DNA of 64,000 bases from Candidatus Magasanikiibacteriota bacterium (GTDB taxonomy: Bacteria; Patescibacteriota; Patescibacteriia; Magasanikbacterales; UBA922). Shown here one piece after another: positions 37,904-47,540 of the stretch. The translations under genes and the position numbers were made by a program. Positions within the stretch are counted from its first letter, which is position 1, and each line of letters opens with the position of its first letter. Location: the NCBI GenBank assembly GCA_016193335.1, contig JACPSK010000008.1, positions 1,589 to 65,588 of the forward strand. Reading direction: 5' to 3'. The notes under the pieces are model-generated. The model was given only the letters and a program-made list of their open reading frames with translations, was not told the origin of the DNA and did not search any database.

Positions 37904-39166
37904 CTAGGTTCTCAAAGCTTTATGCACTTCAAGAAAGGCAAAACATTCTTCAAGGCTCGGAGATTGTCCGGCACTTTCTTTGGAGAGAATCTGAGATAAA
38001 CCGGTACCTTCATTGATGGCCCTTACGAGCAGGGCCTGATATTGTCTGAACAAAAAATTCTGGAACCATGCTCTGCGCGCTTCAAGATAAAGCAAAAAAG
38101 ATTCTCCTTTCAAAGCTTCAAATTTGGCCGAAACCTGCTTTGCCGCGCTTTCAGGGTCCTCGGCAAGGCGCCGAAAATCCATCAAAGAAAAACCGAACAT
38201 TTCTTCAACCGGACCCGTCGCCTTTGATATGGGCTCGACGGGCGGGGTCATATCATGGAGAGATGCGGAAGGAACGCCCACAGCTCGAAGCTGTCCCGAG
38301 GAGAGAGATCGGTGTCCTCGGGACCTGGCACCTTGTTTCAACAAAACAGAGGCCAAGTCATGGGTCAAGGTTTCCACGGGTTCAGGCGGTTTCGGAGCCT
38401 GAGCAAGGGCGATATCTCTGAATATATCTTTCACCGGCGTAGTGGTAGACAAGGCCTGAGAAGTTTGATTAAGCGCAAGAGCTTCTGACTCCACTTTAAG
38501 TTTTGATTTTTTAGAAATATTTGGTTTTAAGGCTTTTAGCTCCTCTTGCCGAAAAAAAGCCAGCGTTTTCTTTTTTTCTTCCATCAGAAGCGTAAGACGC
38601 GCGGATTGTTCTTTGGTGAGCCCCAAGCCCCCGCTCGCGAAAGGCGCCACTGCGTATTCATGAAACTGCGCTTTGTCTCGCACGCCTTTAAGAAAAGAAA
38701 GAACAAGTGAATGCGCTCGGGCCTGAACTTCTGAAGACAAAACCACAGGAAATTCCTGAAATATTCCCCTCAGCGCGTAATCCGGACCGATTTTGTCGCT
38801 TAATTCTTTATCAAGCAGTTCTTCGTGGGACAAAGCCTCATCCAAAAGCGACGCATGGTCTTCGGCTTTCCAAACAGTTTTAGGAGGCGTCCGCTTGGTT
38901 TTAATAAGCAAAGGAGAATTCCGTTTCTCAATCTTTTTTACGCTTGTCTGAGACTGGACCGGCTCTGCGCGAGTCTGCGTAGATGTAGATTTTGCATTCT
39001 GTGTCGGTTCAGCAAGCGTCTTAGAGTCAAAATTCTCCTCTTTGAATTTCAAAGATGTCGGGTTCAAAGTGCTGGCCTGCTTAAGGCTACTCAAAGAAAC
39101 ACGGATTGTGCTTCCATCCGTTTTTTTTACCAATACGCTCGGCCCTGTTACTGCTGGTGTTGGCAT
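37904..39166 (-). CDS. hypothetical protein in the T4SS-like operon
   Basis: Long ORF tightly packed in the operon; low-complexity linkers, GGLGL motif, helical C-terminal domain (GPVEEM..DFRRL). Confidence 0.8.
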   Translation of the reverse strand: MPTPAVTGPSVLVKKTDGSTIRVSLSSLKQASTLNPTSLKFKEENFDSKTLAEPTQNAKSTSTQTRAEPVQSQTSVKKIEKRNSPLLIKTKRTPPKTVWKAEDHASLLDEALSHEELLDKELSDKIGPDYALRGIFQEFPVVLSSEVQARAHSLVLSFLKGVRDKAQFHEYAVAPFASGGLGLTKEQSARLTLLMEEKKKTLAFFRQEELKALKPNISKKSKLKVESEALALNQTSQALSTTTPVKDIFRDIALAQAPKPPEPVETLTHDLASVLLKQGARSRGHRSLSSGQLRAVGVPSASLHDMTPPVEPISKATGPVEEMFGFSLMDFRRLAEDPESAAKQVSAKFEALKGESFLLYLEARRAWFQNFLFRQYQALLVRAINEGTGLSQILSKESAGQSPSLEECFAFLEVHKALRT

Positions 39167-39170
39167 GATT

Positions 39171-40262
39171 TTATATGTTTACTCCTGTAAAAAAGGATTC
39201 ATCCCATTTGAAGGTCTGACTTTTCTCATCAAAATATATCACCTCATCTATGGACTGAAGCCCCCGCGCTTTGAGAGCGTCCAGGAAAGTGGTCAAAAGT
39301 TCTACATGCCTGGCCTTATTCAAATCAACTTTTTTCATGAGAATAAACAAAAGTTTCGTGATATAGGCCTCTTCTTTTTGTGTAACATCCAACCAATGCA
39401 CCGCCTGTTCATAATCTTCGAGCCATTGTTCTATGCCTTTTTCATCGGCTTCGTATAAATTCTGAAGATAATATTCATCCACGTTCTTCTTCTCTCCCTC
39501 TTGCTTTCGTTCATAGCCCGCCGGCACGCCGTCTTCTATCTCTCTCCAAATAAAACCACCCTGCAACCCGTAATAGAGGGTCATTATTTTTTCGAGCCAG
39601 GCACGCGTGTCTGTGTCTTGTCTCGAGACTTCCATCATGTTATTCATAAACTCAGGAACTTTGCTCTCTATGGAAGCAGTGTAATAATTGTCGAACATAT
39701 CCAGCCATTCGCCTATCTTATACACAGCTTTACCTTCTGTCCCCAACAGCGTATGATTTCTCGCCATGATTCTCGCGAATAGCAAAGAATCATCCCACAT
39801 GCCTCTCACATAGGCCAAACGCCTGAAATAATCTTGGACATGAGTGTAAATGGGAATCTCCCAAATACAAGCCTTGAGTAAAAAGCGCGTGCCGAGGAGA
39901 AAGAGCTGGCGCTTGGCAGAAATATAATCAAAATGCATCCAGGCGAAAAAGGTGTAGAAGCGTTCGTAAAAATCCTGGTCTTCTTCGGAAAAATCCGCGA
40001 ATACCAAACTCCCGTCGCTCCACCCTTCGAGTGAACGCAAAATATCATCCACCACTCCCTCATAATAAAACTGAAACTGATGCAAAGTTTTTATCAAGTG
40101 ATACTTGGTGTCTGTTTGAAGTAAATCAGGTCTTTGCACGTTTTTCCAGCTCATGGAGTAATATTCAGAGCCTCGATCCTGGCAAGCGTCAAGAATAGCC
40201 TGCTGTTCTTCATCAGTTTTGGAAGGGTAGAGATAACGAATTGTTTGGGCTAGAGAAAACAT
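39171..40262 (-). CDS. hypothetical acidic, aromatic-rich soluble protein
   Basis: 363-aa ORF with 4-bp and 16-bp gaps to its neighbours. Confidence 0.8.
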   Translation of the reverse strand: MFSLAQTIRYLYPSKTDEEQQAILDACQDRGSEYYSMSWKNVQRPDLLQTDTKYHLIKTLHQFQFYYEGVVDDILRSLEGWSDGSLVFADFSEEDQDFYERFYTFFAWMHFDYISAKRQLFLLGTRFLLKACIWEIPIYTHVQDYFRRLAYVRGMWDDSLLFARIMARNHTLLGTEGKAVYKIGEWLDMFDNYYTASIESKVPEFMNNMMEVSRQDTDTRAWLEKIMTLYYGLQGGFIWREIEDGVPAGYERKQEGEKKNVDEYYLQNLYEADEKGIEQWLEDYEQAVHWLDVTQKEEAYITKLLFILMKKVDLNKARHVELLTTFLDALKARGLQSIDEVIYFDEKSQTFKWDESFFTGVNI

Positions 40263-40278
40263 ATCATTCTGTTATTAG

Positions 40279-43200
40279 CTATCTTTCGTCTTCGAGTCCA
40301 AGAACTTCAGCCGGGGGTTTATAACTGGGCGGAGCAGACAGGCCAGGACCAAATTTACCTCCTCGGACCATGCCAATAAGTTCATCCACCGTTGTAATTT
40401 TCTTTTTCTCAACACTTCCTGTTGTTTCGTCATAAATCGGAATGAGAAGCTCCATGGCGCCTTTTTTAAGGGCTTCGGGCTGAGACATACCAGTGGTTGC
40501 CGCCATAGTGAGCAAAAAGTCGGCCATATTGGAATGCATTTTGGGAACATACAATTCTCGCACAATATTGCGAGCGGTGAGTGCCTCCTGAATCTGGGCT
40601 TGCTGAGCTTTGCTTTTGCCGGCCATAGCCCTCTTGTATTGATTCCCGCTCTTGCGCATCCAAGTAGACTGTGCGCCCTTCGAAGCGCCAACCTTAAAGA
40701 ATCCTGTTTTCTCATCTTTGTATTCATAAAGTTGATCCGAGGCCGCGATGCCGGCAAGACTCTTTATGTATCTGCCCGTGGTGCCGGACCAGGTTCTGAA
40801 ATCTATAATACCATTGCGCATAATGGCATCATCATGTGTGCGCAAACGAGTCGCAACTTGGCCATTGTCTTCGTCCAAGTCCATGGTAGCATGAGGATGA
40901 GCTCCGGCGCGAAGCCTGGTGTCTGTTTTGTTTGCGTCACTCAATACATTGTCGCTTGCCATACCCACGCCAGAAGGAACATACAATTTTTCCCCGCCAC
41001 CGATATCATGCATCAAAGCCCAGCCAGCGTTTTCTCCATGGCCTTTTTTGATAGCATCATTGCGCAAGTTGCCCAAAAACTGCATGGATGACTGATTGGA
41101 TCGAATCACGTCCGTGTATTTGTCCATTACTTCTCTGCGTCTGGCTTCCACTTCCGCGTTTTCTCCTTCCAAAAGCAAATCCAAAAGATCTTGCTGAGCG
41201 CCGGTAAGAACTCTGTCTTGCTCTACCAGAGAATCCATCACCTCTTTTTTCAAATCTGAATTATTCACGACATTACCTTTGGTATCCACGAACTTCCCTG
41301 TTTTCATGCCCGAATACAAACCGGCGACATCCATGCCCAATTTTTTCGTGCCTGCGTCCAATACCTCTGAAACAGCCACATTGTTGCGAGCGAAAGTCAA
41401 ATCTCCTCCTGAGGCAAACATCATTTCAACGTCTCTTATTTTGTCTTTGCTAAATTCCATGTCTTTCCATCCCAAGACATTTCCTATCTGTCCGCGGGCT
41501 TCTGAATTTGACATGACCGAAATGATAACATCATCCACCCAAGATTCGTTGAAACCGCGCTTAAAGAGCCCCATAAGCGCGGCCCTGTCCGCGTCTTGGA
41601 GATCTCCGGACTGCACTTTATCAACAGCTTTTAAAAGCATATCCCCGGCGCTGGCCACAAAATTGCCGTAAGACATCTCGGAAAAACCCTTTTCAAATTC
41701 TTCGATAAGCTCGGTCAAAGTGGTTTTTGGCGTATCCACGCCTCGCTTGTCCCAGATCACCCGCTGTTCCGCGTCACTCAAAACCAAATTGTGCCTATAT
41801 TTGTATACGCGATTGGCTTCCACTGCCTGAGACGCCGCGACTCCATACTGCCAGGCGGTAGCGCCGCCCGCGTCCATATCTGCTGCCACCTTATCGAGCT
41901 TTGCGGCCTCTTTTAATCTCCCTTGTTCCGTAAGATTTTGGGCGATGCCTCTTACTGTTCCAGAATCTCCTTTGCGAATCGCGTCAGCCTGAACACGCAA
42001 ATCTTTCTTAAGACTATCGAGCTCGGTCCTGTCACCGGTTTTGTTTTCCAATAAATTCGCTATTTCAGTCTGCCCCTTTGTAATGGCGTCCGCAAGAGTG
42101 TCTATATCCCCTTTATTTTGAGCTATGACAGCTTCCAAAGCCTTTCTTTGATCCTTAGACTCTTCATCTTCGCCCGTGATCTGCTCCAAATCTTTTTGAT
42201 GCTGTCTGTTCTGTCGTTCCAAACGCTCTTTTTCCGACTTATTTGTATCTTGTTCTGTGGCCTTAGTCATCAAAGAGTCAGAAGTAATTTTAATTCCTTT
42301 AGTGAGTTCTTCGATTCTCTTTCTGGTTGTTTCGTCTGTATAGGCTCCGGATTCCACCCTGCCTGCCGTGGCATCCGCCTCGGTGGCGGCTGCCAATTTT
42401 TCAGAAATTCTCGTTTGAAGCAAAGTCTCTTCTTGCTTGCTGAGTCTATCAGAACTCAATTTGGCAAGAGACTGCTCTTCGAGAAATTCATCATAGGTCA
42501 TCTTACTCGGCGCTGTCCAAGATTTGGCTTTTATAGTGTCTGCCTGCGCTTGTTTTACCGCAAGATTTTCCATCAGCCTGCTTTCATACAAGCTTCTGCC
42601 GTCTCCTGCGTCAAGATCGGTCTGCCCTAATTCGCCGGATATAATCTCTGCTTCAGCTATCTCTCTCCCCAGAACCGCCCTTCTCTCTGGGGTCATCTCT
42701 GATGGATCCAAGGTACGTCTTTTTTGAGCAATCTGCGCGCCCACTTTATCGCGAGCTTCTTGGCCGGCCGCTTGATTGTAAGCCGCTTGAAGCGGCGCCA
42801 ATTGTTCATCTGTTTGATCCATTTGCTTTCTGGCGGCCTCTAATTTACTCTGATTGTCGACTATATCCTCGCCCGCGTCAATCCCTGCTTGAGCCTCTAC
42901 AGCTGTTGCGTTGAAATTTGACTTTTTGAACTCCAAAGCGTCTATCTCTGCTTGCAATTGTTTCGCAGTCATTTCTTTTCCATCCTTGCCTTTGGCTGTG
43001 GTCAAAACATCTCCGGAAAGCATTGCCTGTTTTTGAGCTTCAAGTTCTGAAACTTCACCTTCAATCTTTTCACGTTCAACAGGGTCGGTGACACCGTCCC
43101 GCTCCTGGCGCAGAGTTTTGAGTTTGCTCTCTATGCTCTTGGCCAAATCACCGCTTCTCAAATCTCTGAGCTGTTCATTTATTTTATCCATGTCTTTTTG

Positions 43201-45498
43201 CACCGGCTCCAGCTGTTTTTGCACAGACTGAAAATTGCCGCTCACGCGGAGCCTGGCATCAGCCTGCATTCTCTTTTCTTTGTTCGATTCTTTCTCTCCG
43301 GTAAGGGTATGATCTTGAATACGCTCCATCATGGTGCCGGCCGCGCTTTCATAAGACATTTTGCCAGTCTTCACATTGTACTTGAGCCTGGGCTTGCTCA
43401 AGACTTCGTTTTTGCCCCTGCCCTCGTAGTCTTTGTCTTTGGCTTCTGAACGCATTTTTTCCGCCGCGAGCCAGCCGCGCTCTATACGGTCTTGAGCTTC
43501 ACGGCCCGCATATATATCGCCGAAGAAACCAACCCCTTTGCCGTCTTTTGTTTTGTTACCCATCATTTTTCCAATCCAGCGGGTTCCAAAAAGACCTCTC
43601 GTGCCCATGCCAACTTGCATAACCGAATTCCATGGTTTTGCGATAAGATTTTTGATACCCTGAGTGCCGGGAATGCCCAAAATATTAGTGCCTTCTTTCA
43701 TGGCCATAAACTGACCACCGGCTTCTGAACCCACACGTTTCCATAAAATTTCTTTTCTCACTTCGGCCTGCTTCTTGGATTTCTCAGTTTGCTTTTCAAG
43801 TTCAATGCCCGAACGAGAGAAGCGTCCCAAAAGACCGCCGGAAAATGAACTCTTAGCCACTTTTTCTTGTTGTTTGATTTCCTGATCCAAGGCCGCCAAA
43901 TCCTCTTGATTTATGCCAATGGTGGCGTCTTGCAATATCTGCCGCTGTTCAGCGATTTCTTTATCCAAGCTTTGTGTCTGTTCCGGGGAAATATCTGAAC
44001 CAAGCTTTTGCTTGACGCCTTCCAGACGGTCTATCTCTCTCATCGCATTTTGCTGAATCGCTCCTTTTTCGTCTCCCTTTGCCTCGCCTGCTTCTTTTCG
44101 TTTGTACAATTTGTCCAAAGATTCTCTAGCCGCTTCTCCTTTTGGAGACATTCTCATGCCCAGCTCGCGGTAGGAGCCCACTATGGAATGCCCTATATTC
44201 TTAAAACGATTCGCGAATTTCTCTCCGCCAAGTACTGGCATTTTCCAGAGAGCAGCTTTGCCGCCCTTCTTGGCCACGGACCAAGCTCCTTTTGCCGCTC
44301 CGCCCACCATCCATCTGCCGAGCGCGTAGCCACTCGCGATAGTGCCAATTTTTTTGCCAAAATCCACTGCTTTGTTCACCAAATTCGCTCCGGCCGCTCC
44401 GGATTCACTGACTTCTTTTATGCCAATATACAGAAAGACAATGGCTATAAAAAAATTGGCCATGTTTTCCCAGGTGGAAACCTTGGAAAGAGAAAGAGAA
44501 AATTCTTCGTCTGTGTTCACTTGTTGAAGTGGAATAACGGTATCTCCTGTAAAATCTCTTTGTATTATTTCTCCGTGGCCGAGAGTTGCGAAAGCAAGCC
44601 AAAGAAAAAATACCATCAAAGGCGCCACCATGACCTCTTGGCTGAATTCCTTCCACCAACGCTGGGCATAATGCTGGGTATTGGGCAAAACTTGGGTTAC
44701 ATACGCAATGGGCGAAAGTATAATGAGCGTCCAAAGCAAAACAACCCGAAGGAGCATAATCACCACATAGGCCGCCAACGTTACCATGGCTATGAGAGCA
44801 AAGACAAAAGCGATAAAAGCGCCGCCCAATAATTCTATCTGCAGATTATCCGCGTTCGAAGCGTCTTGCCCGCCCACGAATCTCATCATCTCATCAAGCT
44901 TGAACATGTTTATGATGTTGCCTCCTGCAGTGGCGGAAATGGCGTTGAGGAAGGTAATGGTAAAAACATGAGCAGCGTCTATAAAAAGCTGAGCGATAAC
45001 ATTGCTGAAATTTATAAAAACAGCGGCGAGAATGAGCTTTACCAGGCTCTTTTTCCATTCGTATTGTTCTATGCCAAGAATGGTGGCAAAGGCTATAACA
45101 AGCAAAATCACCACGAAAAACATGTTCGCCACGTCTCGGACCATCACCCAGCCCAATTTTACCACCGAGGCATTGATAAAATCATTGTAACTGGCCAAGG
45201 TGATAAAAAATCTGAGCAAAAACACGGTCATGCCAATGGCAAGCCTTGAAAGGGTCAAAAGAAGCCAGGTCATTCCCGCGATCAGCCCGTCCGCGATACT
45301 GTCTAAAATCGCGAAAGAAGGAAGCGCGAAAAAAACGCCTGCAACCAAAATAAAAATACCAAAAAAAAGCAAGAATTTTTTCTCCTGCAAGCGTTTCGGC
45401 AGTATATGGCCGCTCAGCTGTTTGATACGAGATACTATACTATGCAAAAAGGTTCGCATGCTTTTCGCGATAGAAAGATTATGCTTAGAGTATAGCAT
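40279..45498 (-). CDS. giant VirB6/TrbL-like polytopic membrane protein with a long coiled-coil C-terminal extension
   Basis: GWVMVRDVANMFF, INFS, LLRVVLLWTLIILSPIA..LP, multiple TMs in the first ~370 aa, then >1300 aa of charged helical sequence. Exact start uncertain. Confidence 0.8.
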   Translation of the reverse strand: MLYSKHNLSIAKSMRTFLHSIVSRIKQLSGHILPKRLQEKKFLLFFGIFILVAGVFFALPSFAILDSIADGLIAGMTWLLLTLSRLAIGMTVFLLRFFITLASYNDFINASVVKLGWVMVRDVANMFFVVILLVIAFATILGIEQYEWKKSLVKLILAAVFINFSNVIAQLFIDAAHVFTITFLNAISATAGGNIINMFKLDEMMRFVGGQDASNADNLQIELLGGAFIAFVFALIAMVTLAAYVVIMLLRVVLLWTLIILSPIAYVTQVLPNTQHYAQRWWKEFSQEVMVAPLMVFFLWLAFATLGHGEIIQRDFTGDTVIPLQQVNTDEEFSLSLSKVSTWENMANFFIAIVFLYIGIKEVSESGAAGANLVNKAVDFGKKIGTIASGYALGRWMVGGAAKGAWSVAKKGGKAALWKMPVLGGEKFANRFKNIGHSIVGSYRELGMRMSPKGEAARESLDKLYKRKEAGEAKGDEKGAIQQNAMREIDRLEGVKQKLGSDISPEQTQSLDKEIAEQRQILQDATIGINQEDLAALDQEIKQQEKVAKSSFSGGLLGRFSRSGIELEKQTEKSKKQAEVRKEILWKRVGSEAGGQFMAMKEGTNILGIPGTQGIKNLIAKPWNSVMQVGMGTRGLFGTRWIGKMMGNKTKDGKGVGFFGDIYAGREAQDRIERGWLAAEKMRSEAKDKDYEGRGKNEVLSKPRLKYNVKTGKMSYESAAGTMMERIQDHTLTGEKESNKEKRMQADARLRVSGNFQSVQKQLEPVQKDMDKINEQLRDLRSGDLAKSIESKLKTLRQERDGVTDPVEREKIEGEVSELEAQKQAMLSGDVLTTAKGKDGKEMTAKQLQAEIDALEFKKSNFNATAVEAQAGIDAGEDIVDNQSKLEAARKQMDQTDEQLAPLQAAYNQAAGQEARDKVGAQIAQKRRTLDPSEMTPERRAVLGREIAEAEIISGELGQTDLDAGDGRSLYESRLMENLAVKQAQADTIKAKSWTAPSKMTYDEFLEEQSLAKLSSDRLSKQEETLLQTRISEKLAAATEADATAGRVESGAYTDETTRKRIEELTKGIKITSDSLMTKATEQDTNKSEKERLERQNRQHQKDLEQITGEDEESKDQRKALEAVIAQNKGDIDTLADAITKGQTEIANLLENKTGDRTELDSLKKDLRVQADAIRKGDSGTVRGIAQNLTEQGRLKEAAKLDKVAADMDAGGATAWQYGVAASQAVEANRVYKYRHNLVLSDAEQRVIWDKRGVDTPKTTLTELIEEFEKGFSEMSYGNFVASAGDMLLKAVDKVQSGDLQDADRAALMGLFKRGFNESWVDDVIISVMSNSEARGQIGNVLGWKDMEFSKDKIRDVEMMFASGGDLTFARNNVAVSEVLDAGTKKLGMDVAGLYSGMKTGKFVDTKGNVVNNSDLKKEVMDSLVEQDRVLTGAQQDLLDLLLEGENAEVEARRREVMDKYTDVIRSNQSSMQFLGNLRNDAIKKGHGENAGWALMHDIGGGEKLYVPSGVGMASDNVLSDANKTDTRLRAGAHPHATMDLDEDNGQVATRLRTHDDAIMRNGIIDFRTWSGTTGRYIKSLAGIAASDQLYEYKDEKTGFFKVGASKGAQSTWMRKSGNQYKRAMAGKSKAQQAQIQEALTARNIVRELYVPKMHSNMADFLLTMAATTGMSQPEALKKGAMELLIPIYDETTGSVEKKKITTVDELIGMVRGGKFGPGLSAPPSYKPPAEVLGLEDER

Positions 45499-45562
45499 AT
45501 TCCAAAACTAAAGTATACCACGAAGCACACAAGACAACACAAAAAAACCCGGCTTGGCCGGG

Positions 45563-46855
45563 TTAGGGTGTAATTCTGTTGAGCATTCTTGGAAAAGGAA
45601 TAGTCTCGCGTATGTGATGGATTCCTCCAACCCAGCGAGTCATGCGTTCTATGCCAATACCGAATCCGCAGTGAGGCACTGATCCGTAACGCCTCAAATC
45701 CAAATACCATTCAAAAACCGAAACATCAAGACCGGCCTTGTTTATGTTGTCCAAAAGAGTTTTATAATCGTCCTCGCGCTGAGACCCGCCCACTATTTCG
45801 CCAAAACCGCGGGACGCGAGAATGTCGGCATTCAAAACCATGTCTTTTTTCTCAGGATGAGCTTTCATGTAAAAAGGTTTTATTGCTTTGGGCCAGTTTT
45901 TTACGACCACCGGCGCGTCGGAATCCTCGGTAAGCAGCACTTCGTCCTCTGCTCCCAAATCTTCTCCGAATTGTATGGAAGAACCCCTTTTTTGCAGCTT
46001 GGCTATGGCTTCTTCATATTCATAATGCACAAAAGAAAGATTAAGAATCGCCTGAAGCTCTGCAGTGTTTCGTTCCAAAATAGCAAGCTCGGGGCCCCCG
46101 TGTTTGAGCGCGTACGCGATCATGTGTTTGATGCTCTCTTCTTGAATACGAAGGCTTTCTTCATGTTCGATGAATGCCATTTCCGGATTCAAAGACCAAA
46201 ATTCAGTGAGATGCTTGCGGGTCTTGGATTTTTCAGCGCGAAAATTGGGGCAGAGATCATAGACTCTCCCAAAAGCCATTGCCATGGCTTCGAGATACAG
46301 CTGGCCGTTTTGCGTAAGATACGCGGGACGGCCAAAATAATCCACTTCAAACAAATCCGTGGTGCCTTCGCAGGCGTTCGGGGTAAAGGTGGGCGTATCG
46401 AGCTCTATGTATCCCTTGCTATTGAAGTAATCTTGAAAACCGGTTTTTACAATATGTCGTAAACGCAGAGCGGCCCATTGTTTCTGAGACCTAAGCCAGA
46501 GATGTCGGTTGTCCATGAGAAATTCCGGCCCGTGTTCTTTTTTGGTAATGGGATATTCTTCGGCTTTGTGAACCAAAATCACCTGAGTAACCTGCAATTC
46601 ATATTCTGATTCTTTTTTTGGATGCTTTGAAACTCTGCCTGTAACGACAAGAGAAGATTCTTGAGTGGCTTCTTGAACATTTCCCCAAGTCTTTTCATCC
46701 ACCTGCTGTTTGGGAACCACGGCCTGCGCGAATCCCGACCCGTCGCGAAGCTCGAGAAAAGCAATGGATCCCGAAGATCTTTTGTTGTAGAGCCAGCCTT
46801 TAATTTCTACTTCTTTGCCGACTTGTCCGGCCATGTCTCTTATGTATGTACTCAT
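45563..46855 (-). CDS. asnS: asparagine--tRNA ligase
   Basis: GWLYNKRSSG..FLELRDGSG, NRHLWLR, FRAEKSKTRKHLTEFW, GGSQRE, PHCGFGIGIER. Confidence 0.96.
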   Translation of the reverse strand: MSTYIRDMAGQVGKEVEIKGWLYNKRSSGSIAFLELRDGSGFAQAVVPKQQVDEKTWGNVQEATQESSLVVTGRVSKHPKKESEYELQVTQVILVHKAEEYPITKKEHGPEFLMDNRHLWLRSQKQWAALRLRHIVKTGFQDYFNSKGYIELDTPTFTPNACEGTTDLFEVDYFGRPAYLTQNGQLYLEAMAMAFGRVYDLCPNFRAEKSKTRKHLTEFWSLNPEMAFIEHEESLRIQEESIKHMIAYALKHGGPELAILERNTAELQAILNLSFVHYEYEEAIAKLQKRGSSIQFGEDLGAEDEVLLTEDSDAPVVVKNWPKAIKPFYMKAHPEKKDMVLNADILASRGFGEIVGGSQREDDYKTLLDNINKAGLDVSVFEWYLDLRRYGSVPHCGFGIGIERMTRWVGGIHHIRETIPFPRMLNRITP

Positions 46856-47014
46856 AGGTAAATCGCAATAAGGTTCAGAAACACAAAAAAAATTAATGCG
46901 GAAACTGCCCTCGGGAATCAAGAGCAATTCATTTTCCATCTGAACTTATGAAAGGCCCACGGCCTGTAGATAGTTTTCTGCGAAGACCAATAGATTGAAC
47001 CGCTTACGTTCATG

Positions 47015-47043
47015 AGAATATCACCATTAGACAGTTTTTGCAA
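47015..47043 (-). promoter_or_regulatory. promoter of asnS, giving a leader of about 150 nt
   Basis: TTGCAA-N17-TATTCT. Confidence 0.5.
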
Positions 47044-47081
47044 CACAACTTAAGCCCTCCTTCAGACAAACAACGGGCTGA

Positions 47082-47110
47082 TTGACAAGACGTCTTTTTT
47101 GTGCTATACT
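47082..47110 (+). promoter_or_regulatory. sigma70-type promoter
   Basis: TTGACA-N17-TATACT. Confidence 0.75.
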
Positions 47111-47205
47111 TGACTGTTTTAAGATGGGAAATATGTGGATATATACATTATATAATATCTGGTATATCCATGGATTTTCCGTCTTGAAACACAAGGGAGG
47201 AAAAA

Positions 47206-47397
47206 ATGGGGTTCGTGATTTTCTTGATCTTAATTCTGGGTGTGGTGATCGTTTGGAAATTGGCCGGCCTGGCCGTGGAATTCTTGTTCCACCCGGTGGA
47301 GACCGGAAGGAGAGTCCTCGCCACTCTAGTCGGCTGGGCCCTCCGGGCCATAGTCATCATCATCGCCCTGTCCATCCTCGGACACCTGGTCAAGTAG
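47206..47397 (+). CDS. 63-aa two-TM small membrane protein
   Basis: GGGAGG SD, two hydrophobic segments, own promoter and terminator. Confidence 0.75.
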   Translation: MGFVIFLILILGVVIVWKLAGLAVEFLFHPVETGRRVLATLVGWALRAIVIIIALSILGHLVK

Positions 47398-47451
47398 CAC
47401 GAGACCCCATCCACCCACTTTTACGACAATAGACATTGCCGAAAAAGCAGG

Positions 47452-47488
47452 AATCTCGTCCGGCATTGTCCGGACGAGATTTTTTGTT
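47452..47488 (+). terminator. intrinsic terminator
   Basis: aatctcgtccgg / ccggacgagatt followed by a T run. Confidence 0.8.
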
Positions 47489-47540
47489 AGTTTAATTTTA
47501 CACATTGCGCCAATAAGCGAGCTGCTCCCCCGCGAGCTTA

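Noticed and set aside
44008-44832. 274-aa plus-strand ORF and other antisense ORFs within long genes
   Set aside because: Shadows of the VirB6-like gene and other well-supported CDSs, with no motifs.
33039-45498. T4SS cluster as an ICE integrated at tRNA-Ser
   Set aside because: Both copies of the tRNA 3'-end repeat lie 185 bp apart on the same side. No att copy was seen beyond the cluster, and there is no integrase or relaxase.
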